The notes beneath the pieces are model-generated. The model had not been told where the DNA came from and did no database searches. It worked only from the letters and a program-made list of their open reading frames with translations. A stretch of 64,000 nt of DNA from a virus, in IMG/VR virus record IMGVR_UViG_3300021963_000086, positions 1 through 64,000 of that record; one strand, given 5' to 3'. Below are positions 39,001 through 47,075 of this stretch, piece after piece. A program made the position numbers and the translations under genes. Numbering within the stretch: the first letter of the stretch is position 1; each line of letters starts with the position of its first letter.

Positions 39001-39124
39001 AGAAATCCCCGTTGTTATTGCTACACCTGGAAATGTTGGCTTCAACGATCCAGGAAAAACGCTCAAAGATAGCACAAATCCGCTGGCTGTGTTCATTACG
39101 GCAAAAGAGGGTAATTTAAACTAG
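30095..39124 (+). CDS. Very large baseplate wedge / virion protein (gp7-like position), 3009 aa
   Basis: Follows gp6; FLP.YY N-terminus, YLNEVKPY, INGERI..RGTKGT C-terminus; two CBM5/12-like motifs. Confidence 0.75.
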   Translation: MDNNRFSATPVVPVNNTVPGEGSGKVVDTVSSNFLPQYYKTDGNVKFLRNTLDQLISKGAQEQVNLYVGKKSGTVYKPATDFYLKESRQDRSDYQLEVGIVTKDADDNITSTLTYDDIIQELKVNWPLTKPDQFDSEYYSYTPPVDYDKFVNFTSYNWMKLGLPGIMIEGDINIETDIIGKINYTTPVQRNGKTITFQNGMKVYFINNGADPQGLVIPNWYVSEKNPVITNEDGNPLLTQDGAELMSTNEDAEPTYFIVEGVGESIMLIPAEYMDARIPGSLMAPVPWDSVPWDRKKFDTSEPAPAEKEYVVIQRGSVDKNAWSRINNWYHIDTIKDVYNYLGLNHADYVTLADRGNRPIIEFKKDTQLYNAGSFMSDIQADFVWYGGKISDFSLKTSVTVDGVDVFPGAKVLFINSPEPQLNNKLIRLYKITEGTGFYWEEITESWPAPEVGQKLFIQNGTEYKYLELTWNGTDWYVGQNKMTRNQPPLFVMYDAEGVRLDDEIKYPDNDFRGSSLFQYTEGNFYDKELGLNVMLESSNYDIVSNTSPFSKTFTNLTFTNTASNSNYYKGSKGTRDAIPGNYYWKTVDGFTNTSKYENGWVRNAEPPKTYQRVGKIVEDVTSQNSIIVPADSGAWYVFAATLKEGKIRFYSLSKNNEWELFDWSTNTLTLAAGQEFVIYNYTGQEFFNVKLNGLLPPGVANEGSVVYGTPQDVGMWQYSTAGISGYINIIDPKTDTRTFKVRVNGKDTTDYTTELVNNYTGLQINVTADLAVNDLIEVLFESATPAGSYAIHSTLEANPNNEKVEQFTYSDILSHFKSKITNQSNFEGSGYGSNNYHKLFRDTGTGWVVQQQVHPMVKLGVLLRNNATLPNNVLQYGAEQNKLFRQKFINKLTSLESTLDVTSKTARELVYESLIAINVGKNRDFPFAFSDMIYYVDSDAKVIKTYTAESVLTFSLGTTIDITDPYRDHVYVYANDVQLLIDRDYTLTNTSVSILTSVPVGTSIKIIVASNLGNCYVPVSTAKLGLTGVYTPELYYDVTNDTNFIICHDGSMIVAFGDYRDDVILELEKSIYNNIFSNFRHERNKWLKYEPGAMRVTRYNKQQRYSYVGDRYRLWRLQNGVNDNSNAQFYREENPFTWNYRAVSEHGSWRDMYRYMFDTDRPHTHPWEMLGFTNKPTWWDTYYDWIDGGKRAALLNALAIGNIAEPPSINVDLLVRRDITNIPVDENGELLDPVTAGICEAPSAEQAQYDWEFGDMGNQEMTWIRSPEYAWAQSQWHYSVQPNVWVEECWEPESSGIDSFNSQRINITLNRRTRKEDLYFHREYNDGTFHVRYGFQHILVENLLQDNIDLTTNLYDKIRYATPQVMLKLGGFANKTNLSFLADTLKVQQGNNFIPEEDYHLNLHKGSSYREFFYSGVKVIWNGAGYEVQGYNLINPFFIVQQPKSTTRYKEILYNGIKVKEAIDWEATPAIVEYGTVFVSRQAVWNFLIGYGNWLADQGMVFEDLDPALNTIRDFNLAARQFLFWSESKWDAGYSIILSPCANKIIVKNEIGWAEDLNSTIRGYSNILDKDQAVIPTSAIRFERTEDGKNIISTRENYTGIYGLRLRFSELEHVVVFDNQTIFNDVIFDPLYRLKQYRFKLIGSRTRGWTGSPKVPGYMVYGNSLISNFDRTISDISDRYFSVEGYTENQSIINTARHNIGVRNFEYLNNIVLDKTVAFEFQRGMLHQKGTPSAYDKLLRSKTIDSSTLSNTNLTVSEEWLFKLGDFGGTENWQSYELKLRQRDILDSNKQLFRLIPLYDPVTKLTNKDLDTDRVIDIVPSDTRWVTKPGVNNLAFSTRPKSQLTDTITEVMYDDLPTVGFVRLDQVDYTVSTAYDLYTVDVSALTGIAYWEQNINYKVGDTIRYNGYVYVASQDHNSSTSFVLSNWTISVEPTLPSILIGNYTNGSWQVLRAQDRRLSIIGIETYTGTTSGNTVYPTTPSLVTFNYDHNLLAGDNILLVNTDNSPSADGFTTVLEVIDDTSILIEQVTNTAGTQGKAIAFMPVRFATETAMLASRNDYRYNWQDGQLAFVDDASAIHGYAVFSWEVGVDEQTFVPYQRFDKVESEQELIDPSKVYSVSIYDRNKNRVLLDLEVWDPYKGLIPKIADAEIDIKSPLDLAKYNSSSDPDQPLNTMNPWGAQQVGTVWWDLSTVKYTNYESSSLAYRQSNWGKLFPGSTIDVYEWTESSVDPIAYNDAVENGKEVDGSIPTGTARVISDASFKLANWSTDQYTDELNVTSTKYYFWVKGKDTVPNNRPERQLAVTTIANIIEDPANIGLPWFAPISTDAFIISNVKQLLNDSSTTLQIQLRNDTTPVHSQWMLLREYDNNTGIPEWLHKRLKDSLVGFSGITYTSTWTDYEYGVRYNVDDIVKVGNDYYRVFRYFQPYEASVVTPINKKPMYKLADYTLLPENTIQLTQNIEVPNSRLNEFDRFGNRIRPTQQTWIKDRANARKNLIQSLNVLLLELDLIAEIPDWNVVLGTTFTKGNIVYDLTKFWDYVDYVSPYYDTDKAIEYSVANDTLLDSIANQLVDGDYVGVGVPSNGQYPVVYERAGDQFVILYRLNGTIQFDETLFDSFIQLDIWDLGGFDFKPWDSEPTQELEAILETFHSDIFVGEYQTYYNRLFFAMVKFIYSEQNNIDWIGKSTYLHVDNLEVSGLSQLPYYKEDQVEYFIDYLNEVKPYRSKLREVFDTRKISELTDVTVEDLGTKDEIHIAFNRVGINPIDPPAGDGSSFLTPTPGWENQVWGAVINGYEIPWDATLPAMTPVNRYLFLGSNFGTPASLIEAVLEGQHDYSVNLEGYGDELAPLFVGDAVELCVQTDYDTGGSYAYRIFKTLDNNYEFSRIANSAKTSLAAPLGLEDTVIEVVDGTVFGGVDFIRQRPGVIFINGERIEFYRRSANTLQDIVRGTKGTSIKTHPINSRVFDSLPREEIPVVIATPGNVGFNDPGKTLKDSTNPLAVFITAKEGNLN

Positions 39125-39153
39125 GTAAATAAAGTATATTAAGGATTAAGCAA

Positions 39154-39783
39154 ATGCTTTCGAATAAAGAGTCAGTAGGGTTAAAAGTAGAAGGACACCT
39201 AAAAATTTGGGACGCAAATACAGGTGAAGTTTTACTTAATAACCGCAATGCTATTAATGCAGAAAATTTCAGTATCGCCCTTGTAAATTGCTTGGGCGAT
39301 AAAAATCAGCATTCAGCGTATGAAATGCACTTTGGTAATGGCGGAACTATTATTGATAACTTAGGTGTTATCAGCTATAAAAGTCCTAACGTTAACGGCC
39401 AAAGCGAAGAGTTATACAATCCTACTTTCTTTAAAGTAATCAATGCTGATAGTCCAACAAATACAGATCCAAACAAGAACTACATGACTGTGGAACATGT
39501 CAATGGTGTAAACTATACTGACCTAGTTGTTAACTGTGTGTTAGATTATACTGAACCTAGTATATCCGATACAGTATTCAATTTAGCAGGTGTTGCCCAA
39601 GCAGATCTAGACAATGCGGCCGATTTTAACGGTAGTTTTGTTTTTGATGAAATTGGTATCAAAAGCAAAGGTCTAGGACTAAATGAGGGTTTACTACTAA
39701 CCCATGTTACCTTTCACCCTGTGCAAAAATCAGCAAATAGATTGCTACAGATTCGATACACAATCAGAGTTCGAGTAGGCTAA
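39154..39783 (+). CDS. Virion baseplate-associated protein
   Basis: FDEIG.K, LLTHV.FHPVQKS.NR...I.YT; upstream TAAATA and AGGA RBS. Confidence 0.7.
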   Translation: MLSNKESVGLKVEGHLKIWDANTGEVLLNNRNAINAENFSIALVNCLGDKNQHSAYEMHFGNGGTIIDNLGVISYKSPNVNGQSEELYNPTFFKVINADSPTNTDPNKNYMTVEHVNGVNYTDLVVNCVLDYTEPSISDTVFNLAGVAQADLDNAADFNGSFVFDEIGIKSKGLGLNEGLLLTHVTFHPVQKSANRLLQIRYTIRVRVG

Positions 39784-39802
39784 AATTAAGAGGAAATAAG
39801 CA

Positions 39803-40807
39803 ATGGCATACGATGTCAATAAAACAAATGGTTCGTTATTAACAACTATCCCCGATGGTACACTAGATATTAGTACTAGTCTTCGCTTGCTAGGTAAGAA
39901 CTATGCAGGCTATGGCGAGATTATGGCCGAAAACTTAGTAGCAATGCTAGAGAATTTTAGTTCTGCGGCGGCCCCAGGTAACCCACTAGAAGGTCAGTTA
40001 TGGTATAACAGCGAAACTAAACGTATTTCTGTTTACGATAATTTAGGCCAATGGAAAGAACTAGCACAATTAGTCGTTCAAGAAACAGAGCCAACATATA
40101 GTGGCCGTAGAGAAGGCGACTTTTGGGTAGAATCAGATTCTAAACAACTATACATGTGGGACGGCACACAGCACGTACCGATTGGATTTGCTGGCGCAAC
40201 TACTACCATTCGTGCAGTTAAAATTCGCGACACAAGCAACAATGCTCACAATGCGCTTAAGGCAGTTGTAGGTAGTAGCGTAATAGCAATTATCAGCACC
40301 GATGCAGAATATACACCTAATGTTAGCGAGGGATTTGGTGCAGAATTTGTAACAATTGGTCCAGGTGTTAATTTACCTGCACGTACTAATGTTAAATTTC
40401 GTGGTATTGCTATGCAAGCTGAATTTGCTGACGTTGCTGAATTGTATGCCAGTGATGTAAATTATCAACCAGGTACTGTTGTTAAGATTGGCGGAGACGC
40501 AGAAATAACACAAACAACTACAGCAGACGATACAGAAGTGTTTGGTGTCATTTCTGACAATCCAGCTTACTTACTAAACAGTGGTCTTTCTCGTACAAAG
40601 TTAGCACTACCTGTTGCATTAGCAGGTCGAGTACCAGTTACAGTACATGGGCCAGTAAAGAAAGGTCAACGTTTAGTTAGCAGTCATATTCCCGGCGTTG
40701 CTAAAGCCTCTACTAACCCAGATGCATTGGCAATTATTGGTAGAGCATTAGAGTCTTCCGACGTTGAAGGAATCAAGTCAATTGAGGCAGTAGTAGGAGT
40801 CAAATAA
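39803..40807 (+). CDS. Tail fibre / baseplate protein with C-terminal peptidase G2-like autocleaving chaperone domain
   Basis: GKNYAGYG..AEN, P.EGQLWY; ADVAELY, GTVV..GG, VAL.GRVPV, IIGRALE. Confidence 0.75.
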   Translation: MAYDVNKTNGSLLTTIPDGTLDISTSLRLLGKNYAGYGEIMAENLVAMLENFSSAAAPGNPLEGQLWYNSETKRISVYDNLGQWKELAQLVVQETEPTYSGRREGDFWVESDSKQLYMWDGTQHVPIGFAGATTTIRAVKIRDTSNNAHNALKAVVGSSVIAIISTDAEYTPNVSEGFGAEFVTIGPGVNLPARTNVKFRGIAMQAEFADVAELYASDVNYQPGTVVKIGGDAEITQTTTADDTEVFGVISDNPAYLLNSGLSRTKLALPVALAGRVPVTVHGPVKKGQRLVSSHIPGVAKASTNPDALAIIGRALESSDVEGIKSIEAVVGVK

Positions 40808-41841
40808 TGTCCTATGGTGATCAAGGCACAGTTGTTTCAGCAACCGGTTGGAACGCATTAACAACAAAAGTTAATAAAGTGTTTGGGGATTTTACTCCAA
40901 ACTCAGCACCTTCAACTAATGCAGAAACACAAGAAGCATACAAGTATGGTTGGGGTAATACAGCTCAAGCAGACAATGTTTCACAAGGTGACTTGATTGA
41001 AGCCACAGTATTCAACAGCGCCATTGACGTAGTAAACGTTAGTGCTCATGTAACTGGTGACTTACCCAGTCAAGCATACTTTCAGCGTAGAGCCGAAGGC
41101 GAACTGATTAGCTTGTCCGACAGCGATTTAGGTCAAACATTACAATATTACACTAATCTAGTATACAATCATAAAAACACATTAGCCACATATCACGGAA
41201 GCATCGTGACCCCGGCCGGCGGAATCATTAATCGTACCACACCTTGGAAACGTTACATGGCGGCCAGTTTCAAGGTAACATTTGACAGTTACGACAAACT
41301 ACGTTATTTTTTTAATGCAGGTGGCCAAATTAAAATTACACCTACAGCGTCTGGCGGTACTACAGTTGGCTATACAGACTGGAAACATCTTGTAGATGCT
41401 TGCGGAGATATTATTGTAAATGTTAATGGTGCAAAAACTACAACTAATCTTGGTATATCTACCACGGTTGGAATGTACCAACTATCACAAACTTATCAAT
41501 TAATGATGACTGCATCGTCTACATATTCTAGCTATGGCGGGTACGGTGGTTATGGCGGATATGGTGGTTATGGTGGATACGGCGGTTATGGTGGTTATGG
41601 TTCCGGAATCCAAATCAAAATCTGGGGCAGACTAGTTGGTAACAATCAGCTCTTAATCAAAGTAATTTTTGATAACATGTACTTCCGTAGATGGATAAAT
41701 GGTACTACTGGTTTCCATGTAACTTACTTAAAAGCAGATCCAGAAACCAATCCACAAAATGAAAACGTTGTGTTTGATGTAGATCCTCCGACCCAATTAG
41801 AAGTATTAACTACGTTTGATACTGGTGGCGACGATTCATAA
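40807..41841 (+). CDS. Virion structural (fibre-associated) protein with a (YGG)7 loop
   Basis: YGWG, RYFFNAGGQI; TAATG coupling to the upstream gene. Confidence 0.7.
   Translation: MSYGDQGTVVSATGWNALTTKVNKVFGDFTPNSAPSTNAETQEAYKYGWGNTAQADNVSQGDLIEATVFNSAIDVVNVSAHVTGDLPSQAYFQRRAEGELISLSDSDLGQTLQYYTNLVYNHKNTLATYHGSIVTPAGGIINRTTPWKRYMAASFKVTFDSYDKLRYFFNAGGQIKITPTASGGTTVGYTDWKHLVDACGDIIVNVNGAKTTTNLGISTTVGMYQLSQTYQLMMTASSTYSSYGGYGGYGGYGGYGGYGGYGGYGSGIQIKIWGRLVGNNQLLIKVIFDNMYFRRWINGTTGFHVTYLKADPETNPQNENVVFDVDPPTQLEVLTTFDTGGDDS
41533..41601 (+). repeat. Coding 9-bp repeat encoding (YGG)7-YG
   Basis: Units vary synonymously (TAT/TAC; GGC/GGG/GGT/GGA). Confidence 0.95.
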
Positions 41842-41863
41842 ATAAACTACTAGTTTAATAAAG

Positions 41864-41901
41864 ATAACAGGTTGACTTTAACTAGCTCAACCTGTTATAC
41901 T
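41864..41901 (+). promoter_or_regulatory. 12-bp inverted repeat overlapping a sigma70 promoter
   Basis: ATAACAGGTTGA (41864-41875) / TCAACCTGTTAT (41887-41898); TTGACT-18-TATACT with extended -10 TG. Confidence 0.65.
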
Positions 41902-41926
41902 TTTAGACACAGACTCTGAGGTTATT

Positions 41927-42283
41927 ATGGATACAAGATTACAGGAAGCGTTAGACTTCAGTAACTATCGCTTAACTCTAAGCACCCAATTGGACAACTT
42001 AAAGATCAAATTAAAAAATGATCTATTGTTCACTTATCAAAATTCTATTTTTAGTGCTAATATCAATACCATAATGTATTGTGCCCTTTTACTAAAAGAA
42101 ACAACAGTAAAAGAATTTCCTTTCGAAGATACAAACGGAGCTCCGGTACTTATTACAGATATTTCAGATTTCGCTAGAAAGATGAATTCTATGTACATGG
42201 CCGCAATGGTAACATATAACACAGAATACGAAAAAATTGCCAAGGCAAGAAATATCAAAAAGATAGTAGACTACAATGGATAA
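41927..42283 (+). CDS. Hypothetical protein, tail-fibre-assembly-like helical
   Basis: D.NG.PV.I and helical C-terminus; GAGG RBS; follows fibre genes. Confidence 0.6.
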   Translation: MDTRLQEALDFSNYRLTLSTQLDNLKIKLKNDLLFTYQNSIFSANINTIMYCALLLKETTVKEFPFEDTNGAPVLITDISDFARKMNSMYMAAMVTYNTEYEKIAKARNIKKIVDYNG

Positions 42284-43172
42284 TCTAGACCGAGGCGTTG
42301 TTATGTTTGCTTATAACAACGAGAAGATTAATTACGATAGACTGGCAACAGTTTGCGCTCTTACGGTTAAGGCCAACTTAAAAAACAACAACGTTACGTT
42401 ACTAACAGATGGTGCAACTTACAAAGCCCTAGAACAAACCTGTCCTAAAGAAATTAGAGAATACTGTTTTGACCAAATTGTAGTTGACGACATTAGACAT
42501 GAAAAAAATACTAGAGTACACAGGGACTCAATTGATGTAGAGTTTGCGGCGCAATTTAGTAACGCAAACAAACATAACGTTTATAATCTTAGTCCATACA
42601 AGCAAAGTTTATTGATAGATGTTGACTATTTGTTGGGCAGTAATCGTCTAGATTTGTTATTTGAAACTAATGATGAGCTAGCACTATTTCGAAATGCACA
42701 CGGCCTTCGCGGGAATAATCCGCATCACGAAGAACAACGTTTACACCCGCTAGGTATAGACATGTGGTGGTCAACTGTAATATATTGGCGTAAAACTGAT
42801 TATAGTAAAAAATTCTTTGATATGTGGCACCATGTTAAAGAGAACTATGATTACTACAGGTTTTTATATAAGTTTCCTGGCAATATGTTTAGAACAGATT
42901 ATGCGTCTAGCATTGCCATTCACATCCTTAACGGACAAGTGGATAATAACTTAACTGTTAGCATACCTCCGGGTAGTATGAGATACATGGATCAATTAGA
43001 CGACTTGGTTGAAGTTAACAAAAAGAATGATATGTTATTTTTAGCTAATATGTTATCGGACAAACGTAAAAATATCTTAACACACATTAAAGGTGAAGAC
43101 ATCCACATGATGAACAAAATGGCTATCTTGCGGCACTACAATGATTTCCTAAACAAATATTACTATGACTAA
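42276..43172 (+). CDS. Glycosyltransferase, GT-A (GT8-like)
   Basis: LSPY..SLLIDVDY DxD motif; FRTDYA.SIA. Confidence 0.7.
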   Translation: MDNLDRGVVMFAYNNEKINYDRLATVCALTVKANLKNNNVTLLTDGATYKALEQTCPKEIREYCFDQIVVDDIRHEKNTRVHRDSIDVEFAAQFSNANKHNVYNLSPYKQSLLIDVDYLLGSNRLDLLFETNDELALFRNAHGLRGNNPHHEEQRLHPLGIDMWWSTVIYWRKTDYSKKFFDMWHHVKENYDYYRFLYKFPGNMFRTDYASSIAIHILNGQVDNNLTVSIPPGSMRYMDQLDDLVEVNKKNDMLFLANMLSDKRKNILTHIKGEDIHMMNKMAILRHYNDFLNKYYYD

Positions 43173-43953
43173 AGGAATTATTACGATTGCAACCCCTGAC
43201 TATTTAGAGTCGGCAAAGCTTCTGGCATTGACTGCTAAAAAATTTAGTAACCTACCTACCACCTTAATTACAACAGACCCTGTTGAAGCAAGTGAGTTTG
43301 ACAACATAATTGTAGTACCAGGAGATGTAACAAATGCTTTTGCTGTGGGACTATTATCGTCGCCCTATGATTACACCGCATTCATTTATGCAGACAGTTT
43401 AGTACTAAGCGATATAAAAGAATATTTTAATTTGTTAGATAAGGTTAACCTAGTAACACCGGACGCATATGATTTTAAAGGACAGAAATTAGATAGCCAG
43501 AAATTTATTGAAAGAAAGATTCTTACTAAGAACACTATGCCAGACGTTTGGACAAACTTTTTCTTATATCGTACTGAAGCCATTAAAGAAATATCAAACA
43601 CTACCTTAGACATTATTGCTGTTTGGCAAAATGTATTAAAAATGTCTTGTACAGAATACTCAGTAGATACCGAACTTAAGAACAAAATAAATTCTGCATT
43701 TGCTATTGCTCTTAAGGCATGTGGTCTAAATAACAATGCACACGGAGTTAAGTTTACTAACCTAAGCAAACAAACTAACAATACCGCATTAACACACCTG
43801 GCTAACAAAGACTGGCACCAACTATTAAGTTTTTGGGCGACTGATGATAATTTAGTTAAGATAGAAAACTATGTTCAGTCTGGCGTAGTACATTATGGTA
43901 GTACTTGGCTTAATAGCCCTAGAAGTAACAGCATTAAACAAATATGCAATTAG
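43165..43953 (+). CDS. Glycosyltransferase-like paralog (degenerate DxD)
   Basis: KGIITIA, SPYDYTAFIYADSL, VHY; resembles the upstream gene. Confidence 0.55.
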   Translation: MTKGIITIATPDYLESAKLLALTAKKFSNLPTTLITTDPVEASEFDNIIVVPGDVTNAFAVGLLSSPYDYTAFIYADSLVLSDIKEYFNLLDKVNLVTPDAYDFKGQKLDSQKFIERKILTKNTMPDVWTNFFLYRTEAIKEISNTTLDIIAVWQNVLKMSCTEYSVDTELKNKINSAFAIALKACGLNNNAHGVKFTNLSKQTNNTALTHLANKDWHQLLSFWATDDNLVKIENYVQSGVVHYGSTWLNSPRSNSIKQICN

Positions 43954-44942
43954 ATCCAAAACTATTTGGTACAAGAGAATTAACTCAACAGTTCTATATC
44001 TTCTATGATAAAGAAACAGGCCAGACGTTACACATTCTTAGACAACCTACCAAAGAACAATTAACTGATGATCATATAACTGTAGCTATAGATAACGATC
44101 TAGTTACAGCAGTAATGCAGGGTAATCTAAGTATAGGACAGTTAATAGTTGCATTCGATAAAGACTCAAATAAAAGAAGTCTATTTAAAAAGGACCAGTA
44201 TCTACGTAAGGTCCATGAAGAGAATTCTACATTACTTAAGATTGATGCTGTAAAAGAAGTAGACCCAATTACTCAGCTTGTTGTGGCGTTATACGACCAA
44301 GGTCTATTAGAAGTCAGTGTAAACAAGTCTAGCTTAGATAATTTTATTTCTATTGTAGATAACAAAAATGAAGCATATCAAGGATACGATCATCTTAACT
44401 TTTATTTTGTAAATGCAACTGATCCTGCAAAGTTATACAGTAAATTAGTAATTGATACAAATGAATTAATCAATCAAGGACGTATTAAGATCAATGCTCC
44501 TTGGTACAATGCAAAGATATCTAAAAAAGTTATAACACTAACCAAACGAGTATTTTCTACTTACCAAACAGTAAAAAGAAAAGAATACATAGACACACCT
44601 AACATACACGAAGACATGTCTATGCAATATTTGTCAGACGTTACCTCTAGCAATGATTGTCATATTAGTTTCGATATTAAAGCAGATACTGTAGAAGTTA
44701 AGAGCTTTATCATTGATCCAATGAAGTATAACATATTTGATGAAATACAATTACATGCTGTAAAGAAAAGTGATCCTAGCCAATATATAAGAACTATAAA
44801 ACTTACAGCAGACCAACTTAAAAATAATGGCACAGTAGTTCTAGAAAAAGTATTAGATGACTCTATGGTCTTGATACATGACAATCCAATGATTAAAGTA
44901 AACCTTAGGAAATTAAATGAAAGTACCAATAACAGAATTTGA
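43944..44942 (+). CDS. Hypothetical protein
   Basis: 332-aa ORF overlapping both neighbours; weak internal repeat (DP..L/Y). Confidence 0.7.
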   Translation: MQLDPKLFGTRELTQQFYIFYDKETGQTLHILRQPTKEQLTDDHITVAIDNDLVTAVMQGNLSIGQLIVAFDKDSNKRSLFKKDQYLRKVHEENSTLLKIDAVKEVDPITQLVVALYDQGLLEVSVNKSSLDNFISIVDNKNEAYQGYDHLNFYFVNATDPAKLYSKLVIDTNELINQGRIKINAPWYNAKISKKVITLTKRVFSTYQTVKRKEYIDTPNIHEDMSMQYLSDVTSSNDCHISFDIKADTVEVKSFIIDPMKYNIFDEIQLHAVKKSDPSQYIRTIKLTADQLKNNGTVVLEKVLDDSMVLIHDNPMIKVNLRKLNESTNNRI

Positions 44943-45861
44943 TATTGTATTCATGAGCTTTGACGAGCCTAATGCCGATTATAACTACGCAGATTTATTG
45001 CGTAAGGCCCCATGGGCCAAACGTAGTCACGGAGTTAAAGGATCGGATGCTTGCCATAAGGCCGCGGCCAAACTTGCAGAAACTAAACGTTTTATAACCA
45101 TAGATGCAGACAATATTGTTCGCGAGGATTTCTTTAATGCAGAAGTAGATCTAAGTCTGGTAGGAGATAATGATGTGATCAGTTGGGCGGGAAAAAATGT
45201 AGTTAATGGTTTAGTCTACGGCAACGGTGGTGTTAAGTGCTGGCCGAAGCACGTAGTAGAACAAATGAAAAGTCATGAAGCCGCAGTTAACGCTAGTAGT
45301 CAAGTAGATTTTTGTTGGGACATAAATTATATTCAGATGAATAACGTTTATAGCGATGTTATGAACAATGCTAGTCCCTTGCAAGCATGGCGAGCAGGTT
45401 TTCGCGAAGGTGTTAAGATGAGTTTAATGGGCGGAGTTACAGTTGATCCGCGTAAACTCAAACATCTAATCCATCCTAAGAATCATCAGCGTTTACTAGT
45501 TTGGTGTAGTGTAGGCGAAGATGTATTAAACGGCCTATGGGCAATGTACGGCGCACGTCTTGGATGTTACTTAACAAACCTAAAGCGTGATACATTTAAC
45601 TATGTTGATGTACGTGACTTTGATTGGTTAGTTAATTACTTTAACACAGAAGTAATCAATAAGTTTAAAGCCACAGAAGATCTTCGAGCAGAAACTTATA
45701 GACTAGGTACAATTCTACGACAAGAACTCGAGTTGGATATTGCCGACTTAGATTCTCAAGGCAGTAAGTTTTTCAAGAGTACGTATGTTAATCCTAATAG
45801 ACTAGGACCTATGATTAGAGAAAGTCAAATTTTAACAGGAGTAGGTGACAATAATGAATAA
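44917..45861 (+). CDS. Glycosyltransferase-like protein (GT-A)
   Basis: FMSFDEPNA, H.AAA, TIDADN, N.VNGL.YG.GGVK, AWRAGFRE.VK. Confidence 0.7.
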   Translation: MKVPITEFDIVFMSFDEPNADYNYADLLRKAPWAKRSHGVKGSDACHKAAAKLAETKRFITIDADNIVREDFFNAEVDLSLVGDNDVISWAGKNVVNGLVYGNGGVKCWPKHVVEQMKSHEAAVNASSQVDFCWDINYIQMNNVYSDVMNNASPLQAWRAGFREGVKMSLMGGVTVDPRKLKHLIHPKNHQRLLVWCSVGEDVLNGLWAMYGARLGCYLTNLKRDTFNYVDVRDFDWLVNYFNTEVINKFKATEDLRAETYRLGTILRQELELDIADLDSQGSKFFKSTYVNPNRLGPMIRESQILTGVGDNNE

Positions 45862-46423
45862 CATACCAGGATACTTAACTAACGGTGATTGTGAAGTTTT
45901 ACATAAGCTAGCATCTAGCGTTAATAAAAAAGATGCAGTCATTGTAGAAATAGGCAGTTTACATGGAAAGAGTTCTAGCATTATTTCAAAAGCATGTCCG
46001 TTAGGTAAAATATTTTGCATTGACACATGGAGAGGTTTTGACAGTAGTGTTAAGGGTGTTACTAAAGAAAAAGCCAAGTCTCGAGGATGGCCACTTCCGG
46101 GAACAAAAAACACCTATGAATTCTTTGAACAAAATACTAAAGACTGTAAAAATATCACAGCCATGAGAACACCTAGTCCGTATGGTCTAGAAGATTTTCA
46201 TTTACCATGTGATATGGTATTTTTAGATGCCGCACATACTAATCCTAGTGACATTGATAATATTAATTTTTGGTTGCCTAAAGTCAAGAAGGGCGGCATC
46301 TTTGCTGGTCATGACTATAGTGATGAATGGCCTGACGTAAAAGAAAATGTAGAATATCTTAAGTCTAAGGGATTTAATATTATATTAACCCCCGGATCTT
46401 TAGTTTGGTACTTCTATGTATGA
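45854..46423 (+). CDS. Class I SAM-dependent methyltransferase (Methyltransf_24-like)
   Basis: VEIGSLHGKS, IDTW, FLDAAH, GG..AGHDY. Confidence 0.85.
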   Translation: MNNIPGYLTNGDCEVLHKLASSVNKKDAVIVEIGSLHGKSSSIISKACPLGKIFCIDTWRGFDSSVKGVTKEKAKSRGWPLPGTKNTYEFFEQNTKDCKNITAMRTPSPYGLEDFHLPCDMVFLDAAHTNPSDIDNINFWLPKVKKGGIFAGHDYSDEWPDVKENVEYLKSKGFNIILTPGSLVWYFYV

Positions 46424-47075
46424 CATATTTTTTTTAACGATGGGTGAACGTGATTCTATGATTAACCTTCTTAGGTTACAAGAAAAATGCTCTCCTATTG
46501 TTATTAGAGAAGTTAAAGGTTTTTGGGAAGCACACAAAGCCTGTGCAGATGTTGCACGAACTGATTTCTTTTATGTTGTAGATGCTGATGCGTGGATAAC
46601 AGATGAGTTTGAGTTTACTCACAATGTTAAAGAAGAACGTGTACATGTATTTCGTAGTATAAATCCAGTTAACGGATTAAGATATGGATATGGTGCAGTA
46701 AAATTGTTTCCGGTATCTGCATTTGATCTCCCTAAACCGGAAGTAGATATTACAACAAGTTTAGGCGGCATAATTCCTATTAATGAAATTAGTAATGAAA
46801 CAAGATTTAATACAACTGAATACAATACTTGGAGATCTGCTTTTAGAGAATGCGTTAAGTTGTCTGGTAAGGTAATTGACAATCAAATTGATATAGCTAC
46901 AAATTATAGGTTAACAATATGGTGCAACATATTCAAACATGTACCATATTATGAACAATGTCTAGCTGGCGCAAAAAAAGGTAGAGCTTACGGTGAAGCT
47001 AATAAAAACAACATTGATGCTTTAAAATTAATAAATGACGAGCAATGGTTACTTGGTCAATATGAAAAAGTTTAA
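46416..47075 (+). CDS. Glycosyltransferase-like paralog of 44917..45861
   Basis: AH.ACA, VVDADA, NPVNGL.YGYG.VK, WRSAFRE.VK. Confidence 0.7.
   Translation: MYDIFFLTMGERDSMINLLRLQEKCSPIVIREVKGFWEAHKACADVARTDFFYVVDADAWITDEFEFTHNVKEERVHVFRSINPVNGLRYGYGAVKLFPVSAFDLPKPEVDITTSLGGIIPINEISNETRFNTTEYNTWRSAFRECVKLSGKVIDNQIDIATNYRLTIWCNIFKHVPYYEQCLAGAKKGRAYGEANKNNIDALKLINDEQWLLGQYEKV

Noticed and set aside
41533-41601. DNA-level microsatellite or contingency locus
   Set aside because: Units differ at synonymous positions, so the repeat is conserved as protein.
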